The notes beneath the pieces were generated by a model that ran no database searches, was not told the origin of the DNA, and saw only the letters and a program-made list of their open reading frames with translations. The position numbers and the translations under genes are program-made. DNA of 24,000 nt from positions 2,668,587-2,692,586 of the forward strand of contig NZ_CP012850.1 of assembly GCF_000802205.1 (NCBI RefSeq), in the 5' to 3' direction. Shown in pieces: positions 1 through 9,643 of the stretch (positions within the stretch are counted from its first letter, which is position 1; every line of letters starts with the position of its first letter). Source of the DNA: Candidatus Nitrosocosmicus oleophilus (lineage in GTDB: Archaea; Thermoproteota; Nitrososphaeria; Nitrososphaerales; Nitrososphaeraceae).

Positions 1-147
1 TATTTATTGCAATTGATTCCTACTCTTTATGTATAATGGAAATCTTAACCCAAAATATGAAATTGGTGATTGTCAAACAAAAATCGATACAATTATGTAT
101 GACTCGACGTCTTAAAAGAAGAAAAAGGGAGAGGTAATTATTTAAAC

Positions 148-546
148 TTGCTCGGGTCTGAAATTAAAATCCAGATAGAAGCCAAGATCTGCGGTTGTTA
201 TACTAAACATAAAAATATTTCTTATCATTTTGCAGAATCGGATAATACCACGTATTTTGAAAAAACGGAGATAATACTCGCACAAATTCAGGCATGTGAA
301 ATACTATTAAAGGATACAAAGGACGATACAGTAGCATCAGTAATCCAAAGTGAAATTGTAGATCTCACCCTTGTTTTGGCAGGAACCATGAATAACAAGA
401 ACAGTAAACTTGCATACTGTACTTCATACAGGTGCAAAAATAAGGCAATTATTATATGCTCTGTCTGTTTTGATTTCTACTCATGCGGATACAAACACGC
501 CTACCTGCACAATCATCCCATGGATGAATTCAAAGTTTTGGCATGA
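148..546 (+). CDS. hypothetical Cys/His-rich protein (possible zinc-binding C-terminus)
   Basis: 132-aa ORF with a TTG start. The C-terminus CTSYRCKNKAIIICSVCFDFYSCGYKHAYLHNH has spacing C-x4-C-x7-C-x2-C-x5-C-x3-H-x3-H-x-H. No family recognised. Confidence 0.3.
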   Translation: MLGSEIKIQIEAKICGCYTKHKNISYHFAESDNTTYFEKTEIILAQIQACEILLKDTKDDTVASVIQSEIVDLTLVLAGTMNNKNSKLAYCTSYRCKNKAIIICSVCFDFYSCGYKHAYLHNHPMDEFKVLA

Positions 547-826
547 TCATACTATTTGTGATTATCCTAAATTGAACTATAATCATAATAGCAAAATAGG
601 TAAAAGGATAAAATAATGTGTAATTCGTTTATCAAAGCTGTATTTGTAGTTTGATACAGTATCTAGTAAACACGTGTAGGAATGGGAATTTTCTTATCAA
701 GTTAGGAGGAAAATGGGAATGACCATCTTTGTATAAGCATGAACTCCGCAATAGGGATTAGGGAACCCACTAGGCCATATCTTTTACTCGCTTCGAAGGG
801 GATTGCAAGACAATTATTTTTTCCTT

Positions 827-1417
827 CTAATTATTTATTCGATGGATTAAAGAAGAATTCATTATGGCATTCTCGACTAATGCGGCGGCTTGTTGAATAG
901 TAATATTATTAGCTTGTGACCAGTATTGAGCAATTATCTTTAATCCTGTGTTTGCGCGATACCTTTCGGCTATCTCATGCAGGGATTTAACAGGATTGTA
1001 CGACAACATTGATGAACTGAAAGCCTTAGTTAATGCAATGGCCTTATCATTTTTGTTCATATAATTCAGTGACTCTTCGAGTTCAAGGTATGGTTTTATC
1101 ATTTGTCCAATAATTTTCATAATTTTAGAATCAATCTTATTAAATTCTTCAAGTATAATATTATCCAAATAGTCTTCATAATCAAGAGATTCACGAATTG
1201 GTTGGAAATTTTTGAATTTGGGAAATTTATTCTGGCGAGAATGTTTTGCTGCTTTTGAACTATTAGGCAAGCCACTCAAATTCGTCGAGTCGAATACAAT
1301 TTTGCCTAAATCACTATGGACTGTTGTATTGTGTCGAAAAGCATTCCACTTTCTCCTAAATTTACGCTTACACATAGCACAGGTGTATGATTTAGATCCC
1401 ATGATCAATATCCCCAT
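827..1417 (-). CDS. C2H2 zinc-finger protein (putative DNA-binding regulator)
   Basis: The ORF contains YTCAMCKRKFRRKWNAFRHNTTVH, which is C-x2-C-x3-F-x8-H-x4-H, a classical C2H2 finger. The track ORF runs to 1492 (TTG). ATGs at 1417 or 1402, just upstream of the finger, are more plausible starts. Confidence 0.55.
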   Translation of the reverse strand: MGILIMGSKSYTCAMCKRKFRRKWNAFRHNTTVHSDLGKIVFDSTNLSGLPNSSKAAKHSRQNKFPKFKNFQPIRESLDYEDYLDNIILEEFNKIDSKIMKIIGQMIKPYLELEESLNYMNKNDKAIALTKAFSSSMLSYNPVKSLHEIAERYRANTGLKIIAQYWSQANNITIQQAAALVENAIMNSSLIHRINN

Positions 1418-1833
1418 ATCAATTATTTTTGAGTTACTCAGAGTAACCCATGACGATTGTATGAATGATAAAAAGCAAGTCTTAATTAACAATCGGATGT
1501 TTGTAGGGCTTTGACCAGTAGAGTTCCATCAAATCAAGAATTATGTGGAGAGCTAAATTACCGAATTGGCCTTTTTTCCTTGGCTTCTAATAATCAGAAA
1601 GGTCGCATGTGATTATAGATATAATAGAAGCGAGTATTGTATTGCAAGTCTAATAGCAATTGTAGCTCGGTCGGTACACTTTTCGAATCTTAAAATAACT
1701 AAGATACTATTTTTGATTCAAACATTTATTTTTTTTAGGTGCAAACCAACATCAATGATGAAATTATGACGCAATACATAATTTATACAATAATGACTGT
1801 ACTAATTATCTTGCAGCCCTCATGGCAAAAAAT

Positions 1834-2115
1834 CTATAAATTAAAATACAAATATTCACATTTAACACATTGAATTTTTTTGGGCTTGTTATAGCCGAAA
1901 GGTTGTAGTATATTACATTTAGCTAACTCACAATCTTGACACAACACGCGACATCCGAACTTATCCTTGATCCGGTTATTTTTTTTCAAAGTGGTTATAG
2001 TAAGATATCTTTTATCATCATTCAAGGCTTCTTCCAAAAACCTTATACTATTTTCATCATATTTTGACACGACGATATCAGAATCTATCTGTGGAGGCTC
2101 TAGTCTCTTGCTCAA
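1834..2115 (-). CDS. hypothetical small Cys-rich protein (zinc-ribbon-like)
   Basis: 93-aa ORF. The C-terminal half has C-x3-C-x2-C-x4-C...C-x2-C (GCRVLCQDCELAKC...IQCVKCEY). No family recognised. Confidence 0.4.
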   Translation of the reverse strand: MSKRLEPPQIDSDIVVSKYDENSIRFLEEALNDDKRYLTITTLKKNNRIKDKFGCRVLCQDCELAKCNILQPFGYNKPKKIQCVKCEYLYFNL

Positions 2116-2260
2116 TATTTAGATATGAGAGTACATATACTTAGATTTTCCTTATTAGTACAAAATCTGGCATTGTTATTGATTAATTACTATGATATCA
2201 ATCCTTCACAAAAATATGGGAGGAAACAAAATCAAACGTCGAATCTACAAATAAAAAGGA

Positions 2261-2270
2261 TTTTATAATA
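2261..2270 (+). promoter_or_regulatory. TATA-like box upstream of tRNA-Glu
   Basis: TTTTATAATA is centred about 28 nt upstream of tRNA position 1 (2293) and is preceded by the purine-rich AAAAAGGA. This is typical archaeal TATA/BRE spacing. Confidence 0.4.
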
Positions 2271-2292
2271 TCTATAAATTACTCAAATTGAA

Positions 2293-2388
2293 GCTCCGGT
2301 GGTGTAGTAGCAATAAAAGCTGCACAATCCGGTCAAGCATTGCGGCCTTTCGAGTCGCAGATCCCGGGTTCAAATCCCGGCCGGAGCA
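2293..2388 (+). tRNA. tRNA-Glu (anticodon UUC) with a 20-nt non-canonical intron in the D-arm
   Basis: Folded by hand. Acceptor GCTCCGG/CCGGAGC plus discriminator A. Anticodon stem GCGGC/GTCGC with loop CTTTCGA (anticodon TTC). Variable loop AGATC. T-arm CCGGG-TTCAAAT-CCCGG. The D-arm forms only after removing 2308..2327. CCA is not encoded. A T-tract follows the gene. Confidence 0.85.
2308..2327 (+). other. non-canonical tRNA intron (between positions 15/16) with a BHB-like fold
   Basis: RNA UAGCAAUAAAAGCUGCACAA. Exon GUGU (positions 10-13) pairs with intron GCAC to give a 4-bp central helix. The 5' bulge is AG|U. The intron hairpin is AGC-AAUAAAA-GCU. The 3' bulge is AA|U. Shifting both junctions by 1 nt gives the same mature sequence. 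Confidence 0.7.
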
Positions 2389-2480
2389 TCGGTGATTTTG
2401 AATTATAAGAAAAATACAGGTAATTCGGGTAACTTTAGTGAAAAATAGAAAAATCAGAAAGAATTTATGTAAATTTTAAT

Positions 2481-2714
2481 GTGGATATACTGGAGAATGT
2501 TGACAAAGGGCCAGATGACAGTAATCAAAATTACTTACCAAATTCAGTAAGATTGTCATCATTGTCCTCAGTCACTACAGATAAAGTACAATTATGGGAT
2601 GACTTTACGGGAAACCTAATCAATGAAGGCCAAAGAAAACATAGCGTTAGAAATAGGGTGGGAAAAGCTAAAAAATTCTGTCACATCCTGAAACAAAACT
2701 TGCACAGGACCTAA
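2481..2714 (+). CDS. hypothetical small protein (possibly a gene fragment)
   Basis: 77-aa ORF with a GTG start, immediately downstream of tRNA-Glu. It has only a loose resemblance to the N-terminal region of tyrosine recombinases, and no catalytic domain follows. Weak call. Confidence 0.2.
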   Translation: MDILENVDKGPDDSNQNYLPNSVRLSSLSSVTTDKVQLWDDFTGNLINEGQRKHSVRNRVGKAKKFCHILKQNLHRT

Positions 2715-2755
2715 TAAAACTTACTCATGGATCTAGAGTGCATACGATGAAGGCG

Positions 2756-3607
2756 CTACTTAGTGAAATCGGACAAATTGGATTGAAATCCATCATCGGT
2801 TTGACTAGAGTTGTTTTCATAATTTTCCAGTTCGGTTTTCCAATCTACTTCGGACATGTTCATTAGTTTCAAGAAATCATTAACTGATTGAGGACCAAAG
2901 CCAGCAAAATGGTTGTTAAATGATATTAATACATCATAGATGTTTGAATTTTTGTCTTGTGTGTCTCTTACCTGCTTGACATATTCAAGCATCTCTTTTC
3001 TTCTATCCTTTACAACCTTTCCAAAGTCTGTTTCTGAAATGCTTCTATCACCTATGAATCTGACATAAACTTGATCCGAAGTTACAATTGAAGGAGATTG
3101 TAGTTTATCCCTTACACTCCAAACTAAGGATATGTTATTTTCCCTTAAAAAAGAGTATACATTATCATTAAACCATGAGGAATGTCGCACTTCCAATGAA
3201 TATTTATACCTCTTATCGAGGTGACGAATCATTTCTTGTAAAGGATTAAACCCTTTCTTCTCTGAAAGAAAAGGCGGAAGTTGTATTAGCAAAGTTAAAG
3301 TCTTATCAATCAAAGGTTCTAACGAATAAAATAATATTGAGAGAGGTTTAGCAACTTCTTCTAATTTCTTTTCATGGGTGACTACTTTGGGAAATTTAAA
3401 TGAAAATTTGAAATCATCAGGGGTTTTGTCCTTCCATCCTCTAACCGTAGATCTTGAAGGTATGTGATAATATGTAGAATCAACTTCAACAAATTTAAAA
3501 AATTTTGAGTAATAGGATAAATAGTCTTTATTTCCCATTTTCTTTGGATAAAAATTACCTTTCCAGCCTTCGTAACTCCAACCAGAGCAGCCTATATTCA
3601 AAGTCAA
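2756..3607 (-). CDS. DUF72 (UPF0759/YecE-like) family protein
   Basis: The N-terminus LNIGCSGWSYEGWKGNFYP is the hallmark DUF72 motif. Length is 283 aa. The start is TTG at 3607; a nearby ATG is out of frame. Confidence 0.85.
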   Translation of the reverse strand: MTLNIGCSGWSYEGWKGNFYPKKMGNKDYLSYYSKFFKFVEVDSTYYHIPSRSTVRGWKDKTPDDFKFSFKFPKVVTHEKKLEEVAKPLSILFYSLEPLIDKTLTLLIQLPPFLSEKKGFNPLQEMIRHLDKRYKYSLEVRHSSWFNDNVYSFLRENNISLVWSVRDKLQSPSIVTSDQVYVRFIGDRSISETDFGKVVKDRRKEMLEYVKQVRDTQDKNSNIYDVLISFNNHFAGFGPQSVNDFLKLMNMSEVDWKTELENYENNSSQTDDGFQSNLSDFTK

Positions 3608-4432
3608 GTTTCATGTAAATAGATCAAGAAGGTAGAAAAACTTTCAACCACAATCAACTAATATTAACAACATTATTAATTTTCTCAATAATCGAACTGA
3701 TTTGGATTTCTTCTATGTATAACAATGAATTTAAAGAAAATAGTATACTAGGTGCATGTTACAATTCAAGTTCTTTGTCCTGTTATTGCCGGGTCATAAA
3801 TTATGTATAATCAGTAAAACAGTAACAAGGAAATACATGCTGACCGTAATGTTAATTTTAGTCAATAGTATCGAGTGTCCATGCTTGGACCATTATCAAC
3901 ATATCGGTATCAATGACATAAGACCAATCCCCTATTTGATCAAAGTAAATATATAAGTTATGTTCTGGGCCTTGAGTAAATTAGTCAATTATTTTGTTTT
4001 TCTTAGAAATTCAACTCAAATGGTGGATTTGACAAGCATGCATATTTGAATTAATAAAACCAGTCAAATATGTGATAATATTAACATACTTAGCATAAGA
4101 ACTAGAATTGACTTTAAGATAATAGAAAGTAAGCCTAACAAGGACTTTATCATTTTACAAAAAATCGATAATTAATAGAATAGAATTGGTTTAGGTTAAT
4201 TTGAATATTCGCCAAAGGAGCACTCAAGCCCGCCTCATAGTACCTCGGGACTTTGGTTGTTCAAACCCACATCTAGCACGGTTATTACAGAGATGAAAGT
4301 GCAAGATCTGGTACAAAATGAAATTATCCCTGTTATTGGTTCTAATAGTTATAACAGATTTGTTGGATCACTCATTTCATCATTATTTCCTAACTAATCG
4401 AACCTTACCAAAAACAATATGGAAGATGGTAA

Positions 4433-4472
4433 TTCGAGTCGCAGATCCCGGGTTCAAATCCCCACTAGAGCA
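4433..4472 (+). pseudogene. decayed duplicate of the tRNA-Glu 3' half (anticodon loop to 3' end)
   Basis: 4433..4462 is identical over 30 nt to 2349..2378 (TTCGAGTCGCAGATCCCGGGTTCAAATCCC). The next 21 nt match 15/21. Five of the six differences are G/C in the tRNA copy and A/T here. The T-stem 3' strand is CCCCA instead of CCCGG, the acceptor strand is CTAGAGC, and no matching 5' half was found. Confidence 0.7.
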
Positions 4473-4809
4473 TTAGTGATTTTTAAGATAGTCAAATATT
4501 AATTCATGTATTCTCAAAGATAAATTTGCAAATTTGATTACCGATATGAAAAATTCCTATTCAGCAATTTATACGATAAGAATTATGCAAAGGCACTAAA
4601 CCAGAACAGGAATCAAATATTCTCGCTTATTCTAATACAATTTCAGAATGCAAATGCATTACATAATTAGTAAAAAAATTCAAATCTCTAGAAATAGAAT
4701 ATGATTATTACTTGATTGCGACATCACCAAAATTACACTAGTTGTAATCTAGGGATCCCCTTCTATATTTGCCTTAAATTGGCGGCTTCGAAAAAGCGAT
4801 ATGGATTAA

Positions 4810-5091
4810 TTAAATCATTTCTTTCTCTAATCTCGTCTGTCTAGCTAAGGAAACCTTAAATTCGATTAGTTCTGGAGTTGTAAACATAGATAGCAAAACA
4901 TGATTGTCCAATGGTTCCTTGTTGACCTGAATCTCTTTAGCAATCCTATTGTTTCTGCCAGAACCCACCCTTTTTATGATGGATAATTGAATCCCCAAGT
5001 GTGCAAAGTTGAAATTTCCGAAGGGTAGTTTTGAAGTAAGGTATTTACAGTCTTCTGCAAGTCTGATCCTCGATTCCCATTCAGATATCAT
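4810..5091 (-). CDS. hypothetical protein
   Basis: 93-aa ORF isolated in an ORF-poor region. No motif recognised. Confidence 0.25.
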   Translation of the reverse strand: MISEWESRIRLAEDCKYLTSKLPFGNFNFAHLGIQLSIIKRVGSGRNNRIAKEIQVNKEPLDNHVLLSMFTTPELIEFKVSLARQTRLEKEMI

Positions 5092-5746
5092 ATCAAAAGT
5101 TATTAAGTGTCTAAATATAATTTGGTTTGAAATATCTCTTCCATAATAATCTTAAATAGAATTTGTAAGTGACAAAGAGAATGTGGATAATTTCTAAATT
5201 GTAGCCCCAATGCCTCTTTACCGACCTTTGAAAAGGCAGAAAAATTGTATAGTCATGATTTAAAATGTTTCAAATATATTTTTTGATGCGTTTGGTTTAC
5301 AGGTAACGGCGATTTTTCAAGGATGTATTTAATAAGAATGAGATCATGAGTGCATCTATACTCCACGATAAGCATTCTGATTAAAAGAAATTTGTTAACA
5401 GAGCATCTGATGAATATAATATCAAGGGCCAACATTGTAAAGATCTATACAAAGTTGTTCATTTATACCGCAACATCTAGACGGCGATAATCGTATGATC
5501 AATTTTAACACGGGGTTTTTTGCTTTTCACAAGATAGTCTAAACCGATCAACAAAACTGTTTAACCACTAGTCTCTCTGGATACAAATTTGACAAGTCTA
5601 CTATCTCGGGTATTATCTCCTCCCAATCATGATAACTTTAGAAATCTATGGTGATTCAAGCTACCGAGTAGTAACTCATGTGATGAATGTTCTTAGACAA
5701 ATATTTAATTACATATTTGTCCCTTGGTAAGTAGGTATGAATACTA

Positions 5747-6022
5747 TTATTCATATATATTAAGACCAGTGTTCTCACTGGAAGACAGGTCACCAGAATT
5801 ACAAGAATTTATGATAGTAGCATTTGGTGGTACATAACAATATGAACCCTGCATAGAGCTTTGTGAACTAGTTATCGATCGATCTTCACCGGTATCACTG
5901 CCACTAACATCGAATTCCACGTAGGCATAGGTTAAATTAGCCGGGATAATTGAAAATGAAATCACCAGAAATGTAGCCAAAAATAATAAGCAAATCGGGT
6001 TCTTAGATTGAATAATACTCAT
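5747..6022 (-). CDS. small secreted/membrane-anchored hypothetical protein
   Basis: 91 aa. The N-terminal hydrophobic segment ICLLFLATFLVISFSIIPA resembles a signal peptide or anchor. The remainder is Ser/Thr-rich and carries N-x-S/T sequons. Confidence 0.4.
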   Translation of the reverse strand: MSIIQSKNPICLLFLATFLVISFSIIPANLTYAYVEFDVSGSDTGEDRSITSSQSSMQGSYCYVPPNATIINSCNSGDLSSSENTGLNIYE

Positions 6023-6477
6023 TAAATATATTATTTCTATGTGCTATATCGCGATTATGTTACATTAAACTGAATTTGTTTTACAATAATTTGTTACTGA
6101 GTTAGGGCTGATAATCTCCGTATGTATCTATCTAGAAATCCGGGCTCTACAGCACTATCACATACCAAGCAGATGTCACTATGTCTTGTCGTCATGTCCC
6201 TTCTGTCGCAATTATGAAAAAATAATGAATCCTCATACGTTGGTAATATTATTTCATTAACTCCTCAGGCATAAAAAATTCAATCATCTGGGAATAAGAA
6301 TAGCAAACAATCTTTGAGATATTGTCTCATTTTCTCTCGTTTTTAAAGTAGTCCTACACTCAGCAAAATTTAAGATTTAGTATGGTTACAGTAAAATTTA
6401 TTGCTTCATTCAACTTATTGTCCATAATTTTCTTTCCTCTGGACAAAAGTGAAAATGAAAATGAAATAATATTGTAT

Positions 6478-6693
6478 TTATTCAGAAGCTGTTCCATTAT
6501 CTGCCGTGGTGGAGTTAATATATGAGTAACTACTCAAAACTGTAAAAGAACTCGACTGATATATAGGAGCACTATAAATAGGCTGACCGTAGGTATCAGT
6601 TTGTATAGAATAGTTATCTAGTGATGTCAATAACAATAGTATAAGTATCAAGGTAGGAATCATAGTCAAAGAACAAAAGGTCTTTAATTTCAT
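6478..6693 (-). CDS. small secreted hypothetical protein
   Basis: 71 aa. N-terminus MKLKTFCSLTMIPTLILILLLLTS looks like a signal peptide. The tail is Ser/Tyr/Thr-rich with N-x-S/T sequons. Confidence 0.35.
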   Translation of the reverse strand: MKLKTFCSLTMIPTLILILLLLTSLDNYSIQTDTYGQPIYSAPIYQSSSFTVLSSYSYINSTTADNGTASE

Positions 6694-6965
6694 ATTATGG
6701 ATGACACTTGATCCTTTAAAAATTTATTGTGGGGAATTAGACCCTCGAGTCAAACTCAAAAAGGGCTATTAAACCATTAAAGATCAATAGGCAGAATATC
6801 GACAGGCAACATAACAATCATAATCTTCAGAAATTATTAAAATCGAGGCCGTCCTAGCCATATTTCTTCCTTTTTGTTACTTCTAAATTAATACCAATAT
6901 CAAAAGCCAGTAAATGCTTTTCAATCATTTTCGTTTTCATAATAAATTAGTTAATAGTTTAGGGA

Positions 6966-7478
6966 TTAGGATTTTCCATATTCTTCGAACGAAACCAGTT
7001 CGTGCATTGTCAACCTATTCTTCTTCTTTGTCTTTCCATCAATTTTCTTTCTTGGATATCCAAATCCCACTACGATCACTGGTTTATAATCAATTGGAAT
7101 AGAGAAATCTTTCCTAACACGATCCTCTTCTATTCCCGTAAATAGAGCAGAACCGACACCATAGTTCCATGCAGCAAGCTGCATATTCTGTACCACTTTG
7201 CCAGCATCTATTAGGTGAAAACGAAAATACGGATTAGTCAAAACAATTATTGCGAAATTAGCCCCAGAAATCCATTTTCCGCTAGTGCTATCATTGGATA
7301 ATTTCATCAGATTATCTTTATTCTGTATTACTATGAATCTCCAAGGTTGAGTATTTAAAGAACTACCAGTCAGCCTCGCTGCTTCCAAAATTTTTAACCT
7401 TATCTCTGAAGATACGCTATTTTGATCACTAAATTCTCTAACCTCGAGTTTGGTTACTATACAGTCATAAGCATCCAT
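6966..7478 (-). CDS. nitroreductase family protein
   Basis: LEAARLTGSSLNTQPWRFIVIQ is the typical nitroreductase FMN-binding motif. The family-typical start is MDAYDCIV...VREF at 7478. The track ORF extends to an upstream ATG at 7511. Confidence 0.8.
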   Translation of the reverse strand: MDAYDCIVTKLEVREFSDQNSVSSEIRLKILEAARLTGSSLNTQPWRFIVIQNKDNLMKLSNDSTSGKWISGANFAIIVLTNPYFRFHLIDAGKVVQNMQLAAWNYGVGSALFTGIEEDRVRKDFSIPIDYKPVIVVGFGYPRKKIDGKTKKKNRLTMHELVSFEEYGKS

Positions 7479-8011
7479 GTTATACCATTTATGACTGATT
7501 ATATTAATCATTTCAGATAATTCTATAAATCAAAATTTATGAAATATTTACATTCTATTAATGTGAGGATGAATCAAAGTTTTTCAAAAAATATTAATGA
7601 AAATTAAATAATTTTGGCCACATTTTATTTGAACTTAGGATCAAGTTCTAATTGTCTAGGAAATTGAAAATTAGCTTTCTTGAATATGACTGCTTTTATC
7701 GACTTTAAGCAGATTTTCGCTATTTATCAGCAAACAATCATGTTTTCCTTAGAGAACACGAAAACTAAATCTGGTTATGACATTTACATACGACTAAAAA
7801 TATTAGATACACTTCCTAGCAGGTCAAAATATTCATTAATTTTGTCCTTTTCATCAGAGGACTATTCCTTTAGAATATTAGTTGAGGAATGAAATAAACC
7901 AATCACAAAAATCAACTTGAAATATTCTCCCTGGCTTCACTGGGGGCAAGGAAAAAAAGAAGCCCAAAGTGTATTCACATAATATCAAATGATCAAACAA
8001 TTGATTTGGTT

Positions 8012-8671
8012 TTATGGGTCCTGTTTATAATGAGGATTTACCCATTCAATAAAGCTGGCATAGTTTAAGGAGCGGGCATCCTCAAGATAATCGGGAAGAA
8101 TCTTGATAAAATCAAATCCATTAATAAGATCGAAACTTAACACGAGGTCGTGCAATTTACAGTCTAGCACATTATGAGCATATTCTAATGGTGATAATTT
8201 CTCAGAGTGTTCACAGTAGTTATATAGTCTGCCACCTCCGATCATTCTTTTCAAATTCAGGCCCATTGCAATATCCTTTCTCCCTTGATACAACTTGTGA
8301 CCTATTCCTCTATGTCTAACTCGAGGATGTGTGGATATATCTGCTCCATAAAGAGTATCACCAGCCGGAAAATGGGTTGTAAGCATTCCATTCCCCGTAA
8401 TACTCTCCCAAGTATGGTCTGCATAAGTAGGATTTAACTGAACAATTAGACTTGTAGCTGATCCTACAATCTTTTTATCAAGCTCAGCAACAAGTTGACC
8501 CCCTGGGAATATTTCAAGGTGGCTCTTTAGTTCGTGAGGATGCCAAATATTACCAATTTTTGCTAAATCAGCAAAAGATTCTTCCTGCAACTTTACAATT
8601 TCTGGAATATCAGCTACAGTAGTTGGCCTAATAAGCACTGAATCCGAATCAATTACATAAAATGAACTCAT
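8012..8671 (-). CDS. GNAT family N-acetyltransferase
   Basis: 219 aa. Acetyl-CoA motif A-like segment HPRVRHRGIGHKLYQ, with GNAT-like strand order around IVGSATSLIV. Confidence 0.7.
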   Translation of the reverse strand: MSSFYVIDSDSVLIRPTTVADIPEIVKLQEESFADLAKIGNIWHPHELKSHLEIFPGGQLVAELDKKIVGSATSLIVQLNPTYADHTWESITGNGMLTTHFPAGDTLYGADISTHPRVRHRGIGHKLYQGRKDIAMGLNLKRMIGGGRLYNYCEHSEKLSPLEYAHNVLDCKLHDLVLSFDLINGFDFIKILPDYLEDARSLNYASFIEWVNPHYKQDP

Positions 8672-9643
8672 TAATTCACTAAGGATTACCCTAATGATTT
8701 AAATTTTTTTTCTATGTTTAAATTGGATATAAGATAATTGCAGAACCATCTGCAAATTCTGCACCTATCTACAAGAAACAAACTATTAGATTGTTACACT
8801 CAGAGAGCAGGTATGTTAAAAATATTGAGATAAAGTGCATAGGTATCAAATTTCGGCGTTACTACAAAAGTAAATTCAATTTCAAACTCTTACGCCAAGT
8901 GAAGAGTCGATGAAAATAAAACCTTCCTATCATATTGGGATTACTACTATGCTAATTCAATACAGCGTTAATCATAGCAGTGGCTTAACAAACAACATAA
9001 AAACACAATGTCATGTTTCCCATTCTTCCATCTTCTAATCTGATAACTTCAAATATGCTGGAACAATTTTAGGAGTGACAAGAAAATTAGATCGTTTGTG
9101 TTAATCAATCTCTAAGAGGATCTATTAGTAGCATTGGAAAATACTTGTCGCAGATAGTATGACGATGTATTATTATTTATTTGGGCTTTTTTAAGAAATG
9201 AAACCACTCATATAAGAAATTAAGTCCTCAAAAGCAGAATGTAATATATACTACTATCGAAATTATTCGTCTTCTATGACATCTAGCCCTTTGTATTGAT
9301 TGTGTAATAATATCGACTATCGGATTGTAACATTGGCTTAAAAAATAAAAGACATTTCATTAAAAGATTCAAGCTGCTAATTATTATTAACCAAAGTAAA
9401 CAGCTTTTCTCCTAGATGTTGTATCCTTTAATTTGAAAAGAAGTATTTGATATCACATAGACGTTAAGTGTTAAAAAAACACAGTAGTATATGTTTTTTG
9501 AACTATTTATCTAAAGCGAATATTTCAAAATTAATGAAAGAAGCACTACAAATTCTTTTAAGATCCTACGAATAACGTAATTATATTGAAAACAAGCATT
9601 AATAAGTTCAGAGCAAATTACTTATGTAGGCTAGGAATTATTA

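Noticed and set aside
1661-1725. tRNA-like fragments (TGTAGCTCGGTCGGTA D-arm-like, CTTTTCGAATC anticodon-loop-like, GATTCAAAC T-loop-like)
   Set aside because: No acceptor stem, the D and T stems do not pair, and the spacing is wrong. At best this is a heavily decayed tRNA relic, not a gene.
410-1769. ORFs 410..616 +, 1212..1514 + and 1566..1769 +
   Set aside because: The first two overlap better candidates in another frame or strand. The third is a hydrophobic AT-rich read-through with no motif.
4200-4472. Possibility that 4433..4472 is the 3' half of a functional split tRNA or a tRNA with a long intron
   Set aside because: The T-stem is broken (CCGGG versus CCCCA) with no compensating change. 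Position 33 would be A. No 5' half complementary to CTAGAGC was found upstream; the only GCTCTAG in the window lies inside a CDS near 11787.
5670-5700. GTGATGA (C-box-like) motif as a C/D box sRNA
   Set aside because: No CUGA D box at an appropriate distance and no terminal pairing.
3756-7892. Short ORFs 3756..3956 +, 5253..5435 -, 6914..7102 + and 7680..7892 +
   Set aside because: They are 60 to 70 aa with no motifs and composition typical of random AT-rich sequence. One overlaps the nitroreductase gene antisense.
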